A stretch of 64,000 nucleotides of DNA from Camelus dromedarius. Taxonomy: Eukaryota. Made by a program: the position numbers and the translations under genes. A model generated the notes under the pieces. The model was not told the DNA's origin, ran no database searches, and saw only the letters and a program-made list of their open reading frames with translations. The stretch is taken from contig NC_087436.1 in the NCBI RefSeq assembly GCF_036321535.1, positions 98,892,001 through 98,956,000 of the forward strand, in the 5' to 3' direction. Positions within the stretch are counted from its first letter, which is position 1. Every line of letters starts with the position of its first letter. Positions 13,946-28,006 of this stretch are shown here, piece after piece.

Positions 13946-16900
13946 ACAAAAATCAAGGCTATTCCATTCAGATTTCTGGATTTCATTCTCTACTTTGCTT
14001 CATTTTCTTGGTACTGTGATCTGACAATTCTAGCCACTTCAGTGTCCCTCAACTTTAATTTCCATTTCCTCAACTCAGTGAGATCACAATATTATTAATT
14101 TCCCTTCTCTGTCTCTGAGTTTACCCTCCCTTTGCTACAGGCTAGAAGTACCCCCAGACAGAAAGCCAGTGATGTTATAGAACTTTTCCCTTCTCCCAAG
14201 AATCACAGTTATTTTATGCCTTTTATTCACTGTCTGAAACACTTGTTTAGATATGCTGTTCTGTTTTCTAGGTGATAAAGAGAATGTAAGTCTCGTACCA
14301 ATCATTCTGTCATGGTAAGGAGACAAAGACTATGTATTTTTAAAGATGTATTTCTATGGGGGCTAAACACAGACATACAGAAACACATATCACTCACACA
14401 CACACATGTACACACAATGCTTGAAAACTCTCTGGCACTCAAAAAAGAATCAAGAAAGAGAAAAATATGAACATACGGCATTGCTAGAAAATTTTATTGA
14501 GTAAGAGTTCTGGAGACAGACTTGAAAAGATGACAACTTGGGATTTGGAAGAAACACAAAATTGTATGTGAAAGTGGGGAAACAATTTAATTTCTGGGAA
14601 GTGTTCTCATATATAACTGTCAACGTGTGATAAAGTTTATGTATGTTTCTAGCAGTGTGAGGAAAGGTCACATATATGGTACTATATTTGATAGGAATTT
14701 AGGAAATGGAGAGATTGTTGGGATTTTTGTAGATCTTCAATATCAATTCTTAAATCAATTCCTAATTCCATCAGCTCTTTACTCAAAATCCAAAGGTTAA
14801 TTTTTATAATAGAAAATTTATAATTTTTATCACAGTTATTCTTACTGGAGTTCAAAGTACATAAAAATTTGATTCTCAAGAGGAACAGTGGAAAGCCAAG
14901 GAGATGGAAAGAAAGTTTCATCATCATCATTTTATTGTTGTTATTACTCTTATCTAAAGGCCTTACCTTAGTCCTTCTTTACTGTTTCCTCACCCTTCTC
15001 ATAACCCTCATAGAACTTTCACACTCACTTTATTTTTAACACCTTTGACAAACTAATTCTACGATGAGAGATACAAGAGTTATGACCCTTACTTCTAGAG
15101 TCTAAAATATAGTCTACTTGAAAGAACACATAAAATATCTCAAATGTTAGATTTAAAAAAAAATCTGGCTTTGTTTGGTTCCCAGCTGAGTTCTTCAGTG
15201 GATCAGAGAGCAGACAAATTAATTGGTGCTCCTCTGAACCAAACAGTAGTGCCTATGGTTAGCTGCCCTTCTTGGATCATTGTAGCACTGAGTCTTATAA
15301 TGCTATTTTGTGAGTGTTCTCCGGTGGTGGCTGTCCCGGGTCATAACCTGATTTTGACAGCAACAGTCCCTGATTCTTCAAAAGTCAACTTTCAGATATC
15401 ACATATTTTCTGACATTGATGAAGAAAAGCTTCAGAGAACAGTCATCAAAGAATTTTCATTTTTAATAGTATGTTTAGAGGTTTGATACTTAGAACTATA
15501 ATTAAACTAATAATTGCCAAACTGAGAGTGTGGATGTTAGAATAAATTTTGCATATTTTACATTAAAATAAACAGGAAAACCAGGCAATTTTTATTTAAC
15601 AAGCTACACAAATCTGAAGTTAAGACTAGGATACTATGAACATCCACAGAACAGTATTTTCATGGCTTTTCCATAACTAACCATCAAAAATCCTAACCAT
15701 CTCTCAGAAATCTGATGCAAAAGCTCTGAAGGCCTTTTGAGTTTCTTGAGAATGGGGCAGGAGAAGGAAGGGACAGCTGTGTCACCTCTGTTCTAGAAAC
15801 TGCTTTTCATAGAGCTACTCCATTCCTTCTAAGAATTGTCCTTTGGCACAAATTCCAAAAATTTTCCTTAGATAAAAGTACCACAAACTCATAAAATATC
15901 TAAAAGTTAAAATTAGGAGATCTGGGAGTTTGAGTAGAATTATACCATCATTAAGAACATATGATATCATTTTATGTTTTTATATTTAACTGGAGGTGTA
16001 ATCTGAATAAAACACATTGGAGAATAAGAACAATAATTTACTCTCTAAAACTGTCTGGGAAGTCATAACTTGCTGTGGTACCCAAAGAATTTTATTTTCA
16101 CTCTTCAGCTCCTCTAATTCTAAATTTGGTTGTCCTCATTCCTTTCCTTTTAGAGAATTCTCCTGCTTCACTTTGGTTGCTGGTCTTCACTATGGTAAAC
16201 TTGCTGCAACCAAAATATTCTGTTAACTATTTCTTTTGTCCACCTCAGTTTTATCCCTAATATACTGTAACTTGCTCTTTCTCCTAGGCCAAAATAAATC
16301 CAGTATTTTTCTTAGGATCTTATGTAGTCTGATCACCTCTAGCATTAGTAAATAGAACATGTGTTAAGAATGGATATCTACCACTTGTTGTTTTAAATCA
16401 TATAGATCAATCATTAGACATTTAAATATTTCTTTGTCCTGTCTCCACAACCGTGTTGTGTTCATTATAGAAGGAAAAAATGGCCTCCTAACTCTTTTAC
16501 CCTTATTGTATATTTTGAAAAATCATTTTGATTTGACTTTTAAATATCTTTTATATTCTTATTCTACTCCCATAACCCTAAGGCAGACTTTAATTAATTA
16601 TTGAATTATGCAGAAATTTGGGGTTCATAACAGTTGTGACTAAGTGAAGTGATACGTAATATACCCAGGATTAAGGGTACCTAATCTCTGGCCTCTAACG
16701 TCTAGTTTTGTTTCCCGAGCTATTCATAGAAATTCCATTGAGAAACAAGGGAAAGCAGCGCAAAGGAGTATTTTACTACCCACACAGCTTGAAATCCAGG
16801 CATATGTATAGGTTTGCTGAGGCTAGCTGGGTTACATGAAGAAGCCCCTTCTTCTTGATCTGTCATGGCCAAATAGACTAGGATAAAAGCCAATGGAAAG

Positions 16901-17082
16901 GTTTAATTTTCCTATTTCCAACCCATCCTCAAAGATAATATGGTGTTTTACCAATTCAAGACAAGGGGAGGTATGAAAGAATGAGAGTGTAAATGAGGAG
17001 TGAAGGGAGAAGTAAGATGGTTTGTCCCAGAGCTTCAGTACGATTGGTGTAGGCCACCTACCTCAGATATTTTTGAGGTAAG

Positions 17083-17695
17083 TGTCACAGTCAAAATTGC
17101 ACTGAAGTTAAATAGGGAAGGAAGACTTTATTCAAGGTGATTGCAGTAGGAGAGAGATCAGCAATAGCTGGAGCTCAGCTTTGCTGAAACAAAGAGTGGG
17201 AGAGTTTTTAAGGGTTGGAGATGGGGAAATTATAGGACTCCTGCGTTTGCTAGCTGGACTTACCCAAAGAGAAAGTAAACTTCCTCCTAACTTCATGACA
17301 GGAGATAATTTTAGAACTTGGAGCAAAGCATCACTAAAGTTAGGCTCCTAACCTGTCACAGAGACTGGGAGGCAGGGGCGAGATCTTTCTTGATGATTAC
17401 ATTTCAAAGGGATGTTTCCATGTACCTGAGAAAGATAGTTCTAAGTTAAAAAAATGACAAGAGACTTTTTGAAAAAAAACTTGCATTTCAAATGGGCAGA
17501 GGAGAATTGATAATGAGGTAGGTATGCCAAGTTTTCTAAAGTAAATGCTCTAAGAAAAGGAAGGAGAGAGACTTCTGTGGTTAGATTATCTGGATACTGT
17601 AAGGATTGGAGTGAGAAGTTCAAGGTCCTAGAGGCAGGAAGAAGTCTATCCAACGTTTAGCCAAGCAGAAGGAAGTATCAAGGTCATCTCGGTCA
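17083..17695 (-). mobile_element. ERV1-class solo LTR, same family as 1891-2460
   Basis: TG..CA termini and 4-bp TSD TAAG. The reverse complement starts TGACCGAGATGACCTTGAT, vs TGACCAAGATGGCCTTAAT. Confidence 0.85.
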
Positions 17696-20016
17696 TAAGG
17701 AATGGCTACCTCAGAGCTACCCCTGAAACTGTCATCTTATTCATATAAAAGTAGGAAGAATATCCAAAGAATAATTATTAGATGTGACATTAGTCTCAAA
17801 TTCAAAAGTAGAGCTGTAGATAGGTAGACTCAATACCATATATAGCTTTTCTCAGCTGACTATAGACAGAGGAAAGAGCTAACATTAAATTTGTACCTTA
17901 GAGGTTGATGTAAACGAGAGAGCAATAAAAGTTACCGCACTAGAGAAAATTCTTTTTTCTTCTCCCTCCCATTTTTTTGCACTTCTGTTGGATTTAATAT
18001 CTATCTTACTTATAAGTAAATCTTCATCTAATTTAATTAAAATATATTGAATTCTGAAATATGCATTGCACTGGTTACTTGGAAGTCAGAGATAAGTAAA
18101 AATTAGTCTTTGCCTTTGAGTAGTTTAAAGTTCAGTGGTGGAATCCCATCAGCAAACAAGTGGTTATAGTGTCATGGGTAAATACTGTGATAGATAAAAG
18201 CATTTACTGCTAAAATGTCCTTTGGGAAAAGGGTAGATCAGAGAAGACAACAGCAGATAAACACACTTCTAGTGCTATCACACTTTGCTCAAAAATCCAC
18301 TAAAACACATACTCTAAAATGTCCAAACTCTAACATATCTTTCAACCTGGCGTTAATTTACCTTCTCACACCCTGTCCTCCAGTGTAATTAAACTGCATA
18401 AAATCAGCTCTGTGGACCTACATAACTTACCACAGTATAACTCTGTTTATAACATTTCCTCCAAATAGAACATTCCTTTTCCATCTATATATCCAAATTC
18501 AACCTCTCCTTCAAGGTCTAAGTTCACATCTTCCAGGAAATGGACTGAAAAGTCACCTTCAAATTGTAGGAAGTCAACCCTCTACTTACACTTTCCACTG
18601 ACCTTTGTACTGTGCTTACCTTTTGGTGAAAATGCCCTATAACATGTTTTTTGACCAATTCAGGGCCTGAGTAGCTTCCTTCCCTGTGATTTAAGTTGGA
18701 AAAAAAAAACTTTTATATTAAAATTCTGCATTAATTTTAATACTATTATCAATAGTGTTGATTTGTTCCAGTATAAAATACAAATAAATAAATAAATAAA
18801 TGGATATAAATTACCATCCATTTGAGGGCAAAGTCATGGTTTTATTCATTTTTGTAAATTCCAAGATTCTGTCAAAGCAGATTCTCTGTTGCAGCTTTGC
18901 AGTGAACTGGTGTTAAGTTAATGCTTTCTCTCTTTATATCATTATTTCCCAGTTCTATTTTTTAGAACTGCAATATTGATAGGTGTTAAATAAGTGATTT
19001 TTAAATATGTTAATCAATTCTCCAGCTCTGAATACCTGGAGTTTGCTTTTGAGGGTATATCTCACTTTTTTTCTTACTTTTTCAATACTCTGCTCTCAAC
19101 TTTGTCATTTCCCTGCTCCCTGATTTTCATAATTAAATGATATGCTAACCCATATGGTGTTATAAATTTATCCTCAAATATTTTGCTTTCTAACATCAAT
19201 TCTAATACAAAAGTGGGGAATTTAAATACATGAGATCTGAAGGAAAAGACCTGAGGAACACATTTCCTCTGTGTCTGCACTAGATTATGAGATGCACTAA
19301 ATTACTTCCCAACCCCATTTAAGTCCATCCTGAGCAGCTGACTTAGCCTACTTCCCTGAGGAAACAGAAACATTTGGGTATGAACTTCTCTCTTAACAGC
19401 TTTCTGCTCCCCCATCCCCTTTTCTTTTTATTTCCTTTTTTGCTGACTCTGAGAAAAAACTTATTTTTTTCCCTCCAAAGACCCTTTCTTAGTACTTTTT
19501 CGAAGATGTGTCTTAAAATTTTCTTCCAATTTAATTACTTTCTTTTAGATTACTTCCATCTTGAAAAAACAAATCAAATTTTTTTTACAATTAGCCCTGA
19601 TAAATGTCACTTCTCTCCTTCCCCTCTCTGTATGAATATCTTAAATAAACATAGGCCTTTCCCTATGGTCTTCTTCCCCTTTGTATATGCTAGTCAATCA
19701 ACTTTAATCTCCTTCCTTATCGGTTACACTAGTGAACCTTCTCATTCTAAAGCCACCAATGATTTCTAATTACCAGACATTTGGAATCTTGTCTCCTATT
19801 CAAAAACTACCGTTTGATACTTGTGCTCTGTCCTTGGAATTTCCTTTTTGTATTTTGAGATAAAATTGTGTATTTCTAGTTTCCTTTGACACTTCCATCC
19901 TAATATTTTACATTGTTGCTTACTCTTACCGTTTACACACAGAATCTCTAAAGGAATAGACTTTGGTAATAGCAATGGGTACACATAACAGCTTGCTGCT
20001 TGCCTTTGTTTAGTTG

Positions 20017-20262
20017 GCAGAGACAGCGTTATGAGTGCTAATGGCATGTCTTTTAGAGTGAGCTTATTAACTATCTCTTTTACCACTTACAAGCTCTGTG
20101 ACCTTGAGCCAATTGAACTTTCTCTCCTTCATCTGTAAAACAGCCATAATACTAATAATAACAACAACTGTCTCAGAGCTGCTGCAAGAATTACAAAATA
20201 AGCCATGTAATGTGTTTAGAACAATGGCTGGAACATAGAAACAATACATTTTGGCTATCATT
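20017..20262 (+). mobile_element. MIR SINE
   Basis: Core ccacttacaagctctgtgaccttgagccaa..ttcatctgtaaaa, and tail agaacaatggctggaacatag. Confidence 0.8.
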
Positions 20263-20962
20263 AGCAGTAAGAAGATGTGAAAAGTCAAATGGAAGGTAAG
20301 TGAGTGTGTGCATAAAATAAGACTGATTCCAAACACTCATAGCACACTGTGATATCAGTTCTTTCTACACTAGAAAATTTGCTTAAATCATTTCATATCT
20401 TAGATTCAGCAGATGCTTTAGAGAATCATCTAATTGAAGCCTCCTATCTTAAAGAAGATGAAATGGAGGTTAAAAGAGTGAAAACATCATGTCTAGATCC
20501 TGTAAGTAGTTCTGGAATTTTTCTATGTATAATATTCCATTCGATGGAAAATGCCAACCTGCTCATGTTTAGATACTATTTTAAAATGATACTATTAAAA
20601 AGTATTATTTTGGGTCAATATATACCTCTGAGTTAATGCTCTAAAGAACATTCTAACTTGTATTTAAATTCCACCATTTAAGAGATCTGGATGGGGTGGG
20701 TGGGGAATAGAATAAACTTTAATTTACCAATAAATATGGAAATAAAATGAAAACTACTAAAATAACTCTTGTTAGAATCTTTTATTTCTAATCTTCAATT
20801 TTTACTTTCATTCCATATCCACAGGGGTTAGATGGAAAAAGAAAATTCAAATGATTCACCTGAGAGCAACCTGATAAGTAGCCCTTATTTCTAGAAATTT
20901 CTGAAGATCCATGTATTTGCACACACTTGGAAACAGTGAGACCAAGACCAGGTTCGCTTCCT

Positions 20963-21962
20963 TCTTTTTGTGTTTTTAATTGAAGTGTAGTTGATTTTAA
21001 ATGTTATGTTAGTTTCTAGTGTATAGCATAGTGATTCATATATACATATATATTCTTTTTCAGATTCTTTTTCTTTATAGGTTATTACAAGCTATTGAAT
21101 ATAGTTCCCTGTGCTATACAGTAGGATCTTTTTGTTTATCTATTTTGCATATAGTAGTTTGCATTTGCTAATCCCAAACTCTTAGTTTATCCCATTGTCT
21201 CTTTTTTTCTCTTTAGTAACCATAAGTTTGTTTTCTAGGTCTGTGAGTCTGTTTTTGTTTTGTAAATAAGTTCATTTGTGTCACTTTTTTAGATTCCACC
21301 TATAAGTGATATGATGTGATATTTGTCTTTCTCTGTCTGACTTACTTCACTTAGTATGATTATCTCTAGGTCCATCCATGTTGCTGTAAATGGCATTATT
21401 TCATCGTTTTTTATGGCTGAGTAGTCTTTCACTGTATATATGTTCTATGCCTTCTTTATCCAGTCATCTGTTGATGGACATGTAGGCTGCTTCTATGTCT
21501 TGGTTATTGTAAATAGTGCTGCTATGAACATTAGGGTGCATGTATCTTTTTGAATTAGAGTTTTCTATGGATATATGCCCAGGAGTAGGATACTGGATCA
21601 TAGACTAAGTCTATTTTTCATTTTTAAGGTATCTCCATACTGTTTTCCATAATGGCTGCACCAAATTACATTCCCAACAACCATGTAGATGGGTTCCCTT
21701 TTCTTCACACTCTCTAAAATTTATCATTGGTGGACTTTTGAATGATGGCTATTCTGACTGGTATGAGGTGATACCTCATTGTAGTTTTGATTTGCATTTG
21801 TCTGATAATTAGTGATACTGAGCATTTTTTCATGTGCCTTTTGGCCATCTGTATGTCTTCACTGGAGAAATGTCTGTAGGTCTTCTGCCCACTTTTTGAC
21901 TGAGTTGTTTCTGTTTTGGCTATTGAGTTGTATGGGCTGTTTGTATACTCTGGAAGTTAAAC
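20963..21962 (-). mobile_element. 5'-truncated lineage L1 (about 1 kb)
   Basis: Antisense homolog of 10450-11450. TSD ccag(g/a)ttc(g/a)cttcct at 20948-20962 / 21963-21977. Confidence 0.93.
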
Positions 21963-22633
21963 CCAGATTCACTTCCTATTGTGGTAGCTCTTACAAATGG
22001 CACTGACAGTCTAGATAGTGGCCCCAATTGTGACAAAAACTTTGGGATGACTGATCACAGGAACAAATAAAGTGAGTTTTTCAGTGTTGTTTGTTTCTTT
22101 GTACTTTCTAGTGTCAAGGTTGCATTAGGGTTTTTCTTCTGGGAGGGTTACCCTATCACAGCTGACAATTATTGTTTCCTTTGCAGCGATGAGTTATCAC
22201 TGAATATAGCACCTCATATTCCTCTTATCTTCCCTGCATATGCCCAAAGAATAGTGCAGTACCGTTAGTAAAGTTATTTTTTTAAAAGCTTGTAAAATGC
22301 AGAAAGGAGAAAAGAAAGTGAGTTTATCCTCAGAGTTTTGGCTTTTATGATGTAATCTGAATATATTTCCAACCAAATTGTGTTATGCTGTGCTGTAAGT
22401 TTGAATTTTTGTTTTTCTGTCTATGGGGGTGGATGAGGCAGTTATTATAGTACTCTGCTTTCCCAATAAGGAGCAATACTAACATTACAGAAAAGAGTGA
22501 TAAAATATGGTTGTTCAGGATTATAAATATGAAAAGATACAGGGGTTTGCTGAGAACATTACATAAATGTTCCATTTTATCATTTGCAAATAAATAAGTA
22601 TAGCCAAATTCTACTGAAAGATAAAATTATATA

Positions 22634-23170
22634 CAGTAGTCCCCCCTTTACCTGAAATTTTGCTTTCCACAATTTTAATTACCTGTAGTCAACCATGGTC
22701 CAAAAATATTAAATGGAAAATTCCAGAAATAAACAATTTTTAAGTTTTAATTTGTGTGCTGTTCTGAGTAGTATGATGAAATCTTGCACCTTCCTGCTCT
22801 GTCCTGCACAGATTGTGAATCCTCCCTTTGTCCCATGTATCCACATATACTACCATTAGTCACTTAGGGATGGGTTGTCAGACTGATGACTGACTATCAA
22901 GATATCACAGAACTTGTGTTCAAGGAACCCTTATTTTATCTAATAATGACCCGAAAGTGCAAGAGTAGCAATGCTGGTAATCTGAATATTCTCTTACTGC
23001 AATTAATTAATTAATTAAACTTTATCATAGATATGTTTGTATAGAAAAAATACACTATATATATATATATATTTATATATAATGTATATAAAATTTGGCA
23101 CTCCTCACAGTGTCGGGCATCCTTTGGGGGTCTTGGAACACATTCCCTGTAGATAAGTTGGGACAATTAC
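22634..23170. mobile_element. TcMar-Tigger MITE (MER44-like)
   Basis: TA then cagtagtcccccctta terminus, and aaaaatattaaatggaaaattccagaaataaacaa. Confidence 0.85.
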
Positions 23171-23356
23171 ACTGCAACTGAGCTTATACTGTGAAGGGGA
23201 GCTTCACCAGTAGTAATCTGAAAATGACTTCTGGCAGTATTCACCTATCTACGTTTGCCTACAGAATTATAAAGTATTCTCAGCTAGTCAGGAAAAAATA
23301 GTACTTTAAGACAAATCAACTTATTAGATCTGGTTTAGAATGTAAAACAAACAAAC

Positions 23357-24030
23357 TGGAGATTCCTCAAAAGTCTAGGAATAGACTTACCATATGACCC
23401 AGGAATCCCACTCCTGGGCTTGTATCCAGAAGGAAATCTACTTCAGGATGACACCTGCACCCCAATGTTCATAGCAGCACTATTTACAATAGCCAATACA
23501 TGGAAACAGCCTAAATGTCCATCAACAGATGTCTGGATAAAGAAGATGTGGTATATTTATACAATGGAATACTATTCAGCCATAAAAACTGACAACATAA
23601 CGCCATTTGCAGCAACATGGTTGCTCCTGGAGAATGTCATTCTAAGTGAAGTAAGCCAGAAGGAGAAAGAAAACTACCATATGATATTGCTCATATGTGG
23701 TATCTAAAAAAAACAAACAAAAAAAACCAAACAAAGCATAAATACAAAACAGAAATAGACTCATAGACATAGAATACAAACTTGTTGTTGCCAAGGGGGC
23801 GGGGGGTGGGAAGGGACAGGCTGGGATTTCAAAATTGTAGAATAGATAAACAAGATTATACTGTATAGCACAGGGAAATATATGCAGGATCTTATGGTAG
23901 CTCACAGAGAAAAGAACGTGACAATGAATATATACATATGTTCATGTATAACTGAAAAATTGTGCTCTACAGTGGAATTTGACACAACATTGTAAAATGA
24001 TTATAAATCAATAAAAAATGTTAAAAAACA
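23357..24030 (+). mobile_element. 5'-truncated young L1 3' end
   Basis: ORF 23420..23707 is the L1 ORF2 C-terminus (PMFIAALFTIA..WKQPKCPS), followed by 3'UTR and an A-rich tail. Confidence 0.93.
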
Positions 24031-25746
24031 AAATGAACAAAAATTTATAAGCTAATATTATTCTAATATAAATCTACAATTAATAGAGTAAAATTCTACT
24101 GACTAATATGAAAGTTGTGACAGTAGCTGCCAAATGCTACAATTCATTAAAAACTAGTATTGACACATATATTCAACTCATGGGTATAAGAATGAAAGAA
24201 TCATGCTTTATATAGACAATGTCAGTTTTAATAACCAACCTCCTGGATATTTGATGTATTCAACAGTTTTTGTCACAATACTTCTTGGCATTTGAGATAA
24301 TAAATTGTGCTTTATTTTTTGTTGAAAGTACACTGACAATCTTTGAGAATTCAAATATTTTATCTTTGTGATATCTTTGTAATGCTGAATAATTTGCTTC
24401 TTTGACCTACGTTCACAATAGAGAGTAAAAGCATGATATGAATAATTATTGATTAATAATATAAGTTAAATTAAGCAGTGACTTTTTCTCCAAAGATGTT
24501 TTTCTTAATCTTTGATGCCTTTGCCTTCCATCATAATTGTGAAACAGATTTTTCCCATTATATTAATCTGCCTATCTCCAACCCATAATTTTCCAGTCTT
24601 GAACAAATGCATACATTATCAACACAAGAATTGAGTAGTAAGGGCAAGATTCAAAATGTGCCATTGATGTCAAAAATTAATTTGATTTTCATTAAGTCAT
24701 GATAACTTCAATGGAAGTATTAAAAGTAATGATAACCTAGCAAATGTTTCTGTAGTAAGACTATAGTGTTAATTTTATATCTCATTCCTTAGTCATAACT
24801 TTTCCTTAGTTCTTTAGATTCTATGTAATAAAATGTTTTTGCCTATCTGTTGGTAGATATCAGAAGAACAGACATGGTGAAGTCTTTGTACATGTATAGT
24901 AATATTGAGTTTAAATACATGTTAAAACAGTGGGTTATAAGTGTTAAGTTATATTAGGAAATCACCAAGTGGCATCTACAATACTGACACCATGGTGGTA
25001 TACGAAATATTGATCTTCGCACTCAAAGATCTCGCCAAACTTGAGCCTGATTGTGTTGAGTCAACAAAGCCACCTTCTTCATAACTCAGATTCCATTTTT
25101 GGAGAAGTTTGCAAAAAACAAGGATTTTGAAGGAACATTTATATCATTTCAAAAATGACTAAATCTGAATGCGTATAAATTTAAAAAAGCAAAAATCTAC
25201 TGAAGCTAAGCCCTCTTGTCTAATCCTATCACCATTGCCAATCTTGTACCAACATGACTGAAAGAAGGATCTGGGCTTAGATTTATGGTGAAAGAAGAAA
25301 CGAGAGAAAAAAAGAATGAAAAGAAGGAAAGAGGAAATGAAGATAGGACAGAGTTGCCAGGCTAAAGTCTTAGAAAGAAGACATAATTCTGGGGAGTCTC
25401 AGAAATGTCTGTTTCTGTGAGTTTTAAAAGAAAACAAAAGCAATAGAGTGAAACAACACAACACATTTTCAGTAATAATATTTGAAGAGATAGATAAGAA
25501 CACTTTGTAATTCATTTGAGTAAAGCAATTTGAAATTCATATAGACCTTTCTACAGCAATCAGATATCTTAAAATTTCACTGATAGAAATAAATAGCTCT
25601 GACTTACCATGAGAGACGTTCACAACTGTTAGGAGTCAACCTGACCATGAGGAGAAAAGGCATGGAGATAGCTGGGCAGGTAACAACCATCCTTTAACTG
25701 AAACTGACACAAGCCTCCAGCACAATCTCAGAATTACAGCACTGCA

Positions 25747-25943
25747 AGGATTACTGGAAACCTACAGTCTGCCAAAACTGAATCAAGAAGAAATAGGTCA
25801 TTTGAACAGACCAACCACTAGAAACTAAATAGAATCAGCAATAAAAAAAAAAACTCCCTGCAAACAAAAGTCCAGGACCAGATGGCTTCACTGGGGAATT
25901 CTATCAAACATGCAAAGAAGAGCTCATACCAGTCCTTCTCAAA
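25747..25943 (+). mobile_element. Internal L1 ORF2 fragment without 3' end
   Basis: ccaaaactgaatcaagaagaaata..aaaagtccaggaccagatggcttcactggggaattcta ([12 protein letters not shown] motif). Confidence 0.85.
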
Positions 25944-26310
25944 TTAAAAGGTCAGTGGTCACCAGGGGTGAAATGGAGGAGAAGGAATTAATAGGCAGAG
26001 CATAGAGAATTTTTAGGGCAGTGAAAAAAAATTCTGTATGACAATATAATCACGTATATTCATCATTATACATTTATCCAAACCCGCAATGTACAAGACC
26101 AAGAGTAAACCCTAAGGTAAACTATGGACTTTGGGCGATAACAATGTGTCAATTTAGGCTCATCCTTAGTAACAAATGTACCATTCTGGTGAGTGATGTT
26201 GATAACGGAGGAGGCTTTGTGGAGGCAGAGGTATATATGTAATCTCTGAACTTTCCTCTCAATTTTGTTGTGAATTGAAAACTGCTCCAAAAATTGAAGC
26301 CTATAAAAAA
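25944..26310 (+). mobile_element. L1MC-like 3' end
   Basis: ttttagggcagtgaaa..aagagtaaaccctaaggtaaactatggactttggg..aacaaatgtaccattctggt. Confidence 0.85.
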
Positions 26311-26349
26311 TTAACTTTGGATATCAGATAACCTACTTAGAAGTATCTA

Positions 26350-27250
26350 AGGAGACTCTTATCTCCTTTCAGTCAGCAAGCAGAAAAATCTGAGCCCTGA
26401 TATTTAATCACAAGGGTAGTGGGGCCCCTGGGCACATCTGCTATGCCAAGATCAGGGCCTTGATTAGGAAAGAATGAGCTACTGTGATATGTCACTAAGA
26501 TATCTGAGTTGATGCACTTGAAAGTTATGAATCCCCAGATTCTCCTGAGATTGCAAGTAGCCTACCCCTATCTACTAAGTTTTCTATTCCTCCTTGGTTG
26601 AAAATTACACAGTACATTCTCTGACTTCCACAAAGTGTCCCTATCTCTCTTTCTGGCATTTAAGCCCACAGTTAAGTTTAAGTCACAGCCAGGGAAATGC
26701 CTAGACTGCTAAGGGAAGAATGGAAGGAAAGGTTCTGTACCCTGAAAAAAGCGAAATGTGTAACCTACCTGTGCTTGCAGAATCCAGGAGAACACAGTGA
26801 ATGGGGCTATTTTTTGAGGATGCTGAGTCAAATGGGCAGTGGCAGGGGGCAGAAGATAAGGTTGGGTAAGGGAAGGTTTATCGACGTGAGAGCACTTCCC
26901 TGGAACTCATGATCTATTACTCTAGTAAGAACCCTGGGAAGTTGCACAAACACGGTGCTCATACATCTCCTAGAAAACTGGAAAATTTTATGGGCTAAAC
27001 TAAGGGAATTAGAGATTCTAGAGCTGCTGTGGCAGAAAGGAAGAAAAGACTCAAAGAACTGAGTGTGCTAGATTGCGCATCCTATGAAAGGCTGGGCAAT
27101 TTACCAGAAAAATATTTTTACTGAAAGACATGGAGAACAATCCTTTAACCAAAACAGTAAGGGATGAACTCTTGAGAGAGAAAAAGGCATTACTGAGATC
27201 TAATTTGTGGCTTGGAGCAATGGCTGTGCAGATGGAAACTGAAGATGGAG
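26350..27250 (+). mobile_element. ERVL/MaLR internal (gag-like) remnant
   Basis: tgctatgccaagatcagggccttgattaggaaagaatg and aggaacacagtgaatgggg..ttgaggatg, typical of MLT-int/ERVL gag. Confidence 0.6.
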
Positions 27251-28006
27251 ATTTAAGGTTTAATTTGGAGGGATATTCAACTGATACCACTGATAGATCA
27301 GAAACTGCATGAGTGGTAAGGTGGTGAGGGTGATGTATATGTTTTCAATCAAAGCCAAATATTTTCTGCAATGGTTTAGTTCATATTGTTTGCCTTTTCT
27401 TTTGTTGATAAAAATACTTCCTTGTCACAGGAACAACAGTAGTAGTAATAAAGGACAGATTTATATGTGTTAGGAATTTACATGTCATGCCCATGTCAGA
27501 GTCTTCTTTAATGAGTTATCCAGGCCATTAGTCTAATGGAATATTGCCTTGTTGGCATATCGCTGTTTCCAGTACTCCAGATATTACATGACAGGTAGGA
27601 TTATCAATTATTTTATAAGCAATCTTCTCACTCGTGTTTCTGTTAAGAAATTCCATTAACAGGAAATAATATAAATTAAGCAGAGAGCCAGGAAATTTAC
27701 ATTGAAGACTAAATTCTCCGTGCTGACCAAACCTCAGCGGTTTACATCCTTCACTTCACTTCCTGTGACTGAAAAGATCAGAGACCTAGGTTAGGGTCAA
27801 GGCTGGTAGTTCCTTACACCCACTACTCTAATTCCTTCTTTAAGTGAAAGCTCCTGCCACTGTTAACAACAAACTGTGACTTGTCACATTGATCTCCATT
27901 TGTGATCTATTGAAATTTATCTGTAGATTATACCTTTTCTGTAGGGTAAGTGACCCACACCCTCATAATGTGAAACCCCTAAATGGCCCACGCAATGCTG
28001 GGTCTA

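Larger units (their letters stand above)
11625..14330 (-). mobile_element. Old L1M fragments (ORF2 to 5' region), antisense, interrupted by an LTR16-like element
   Basis: gtggttttaatttgtatttt, atattctggatacaagt, aatattgagtcttccaatc, ttagctgtaggtttt. Confidence 0.8.
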
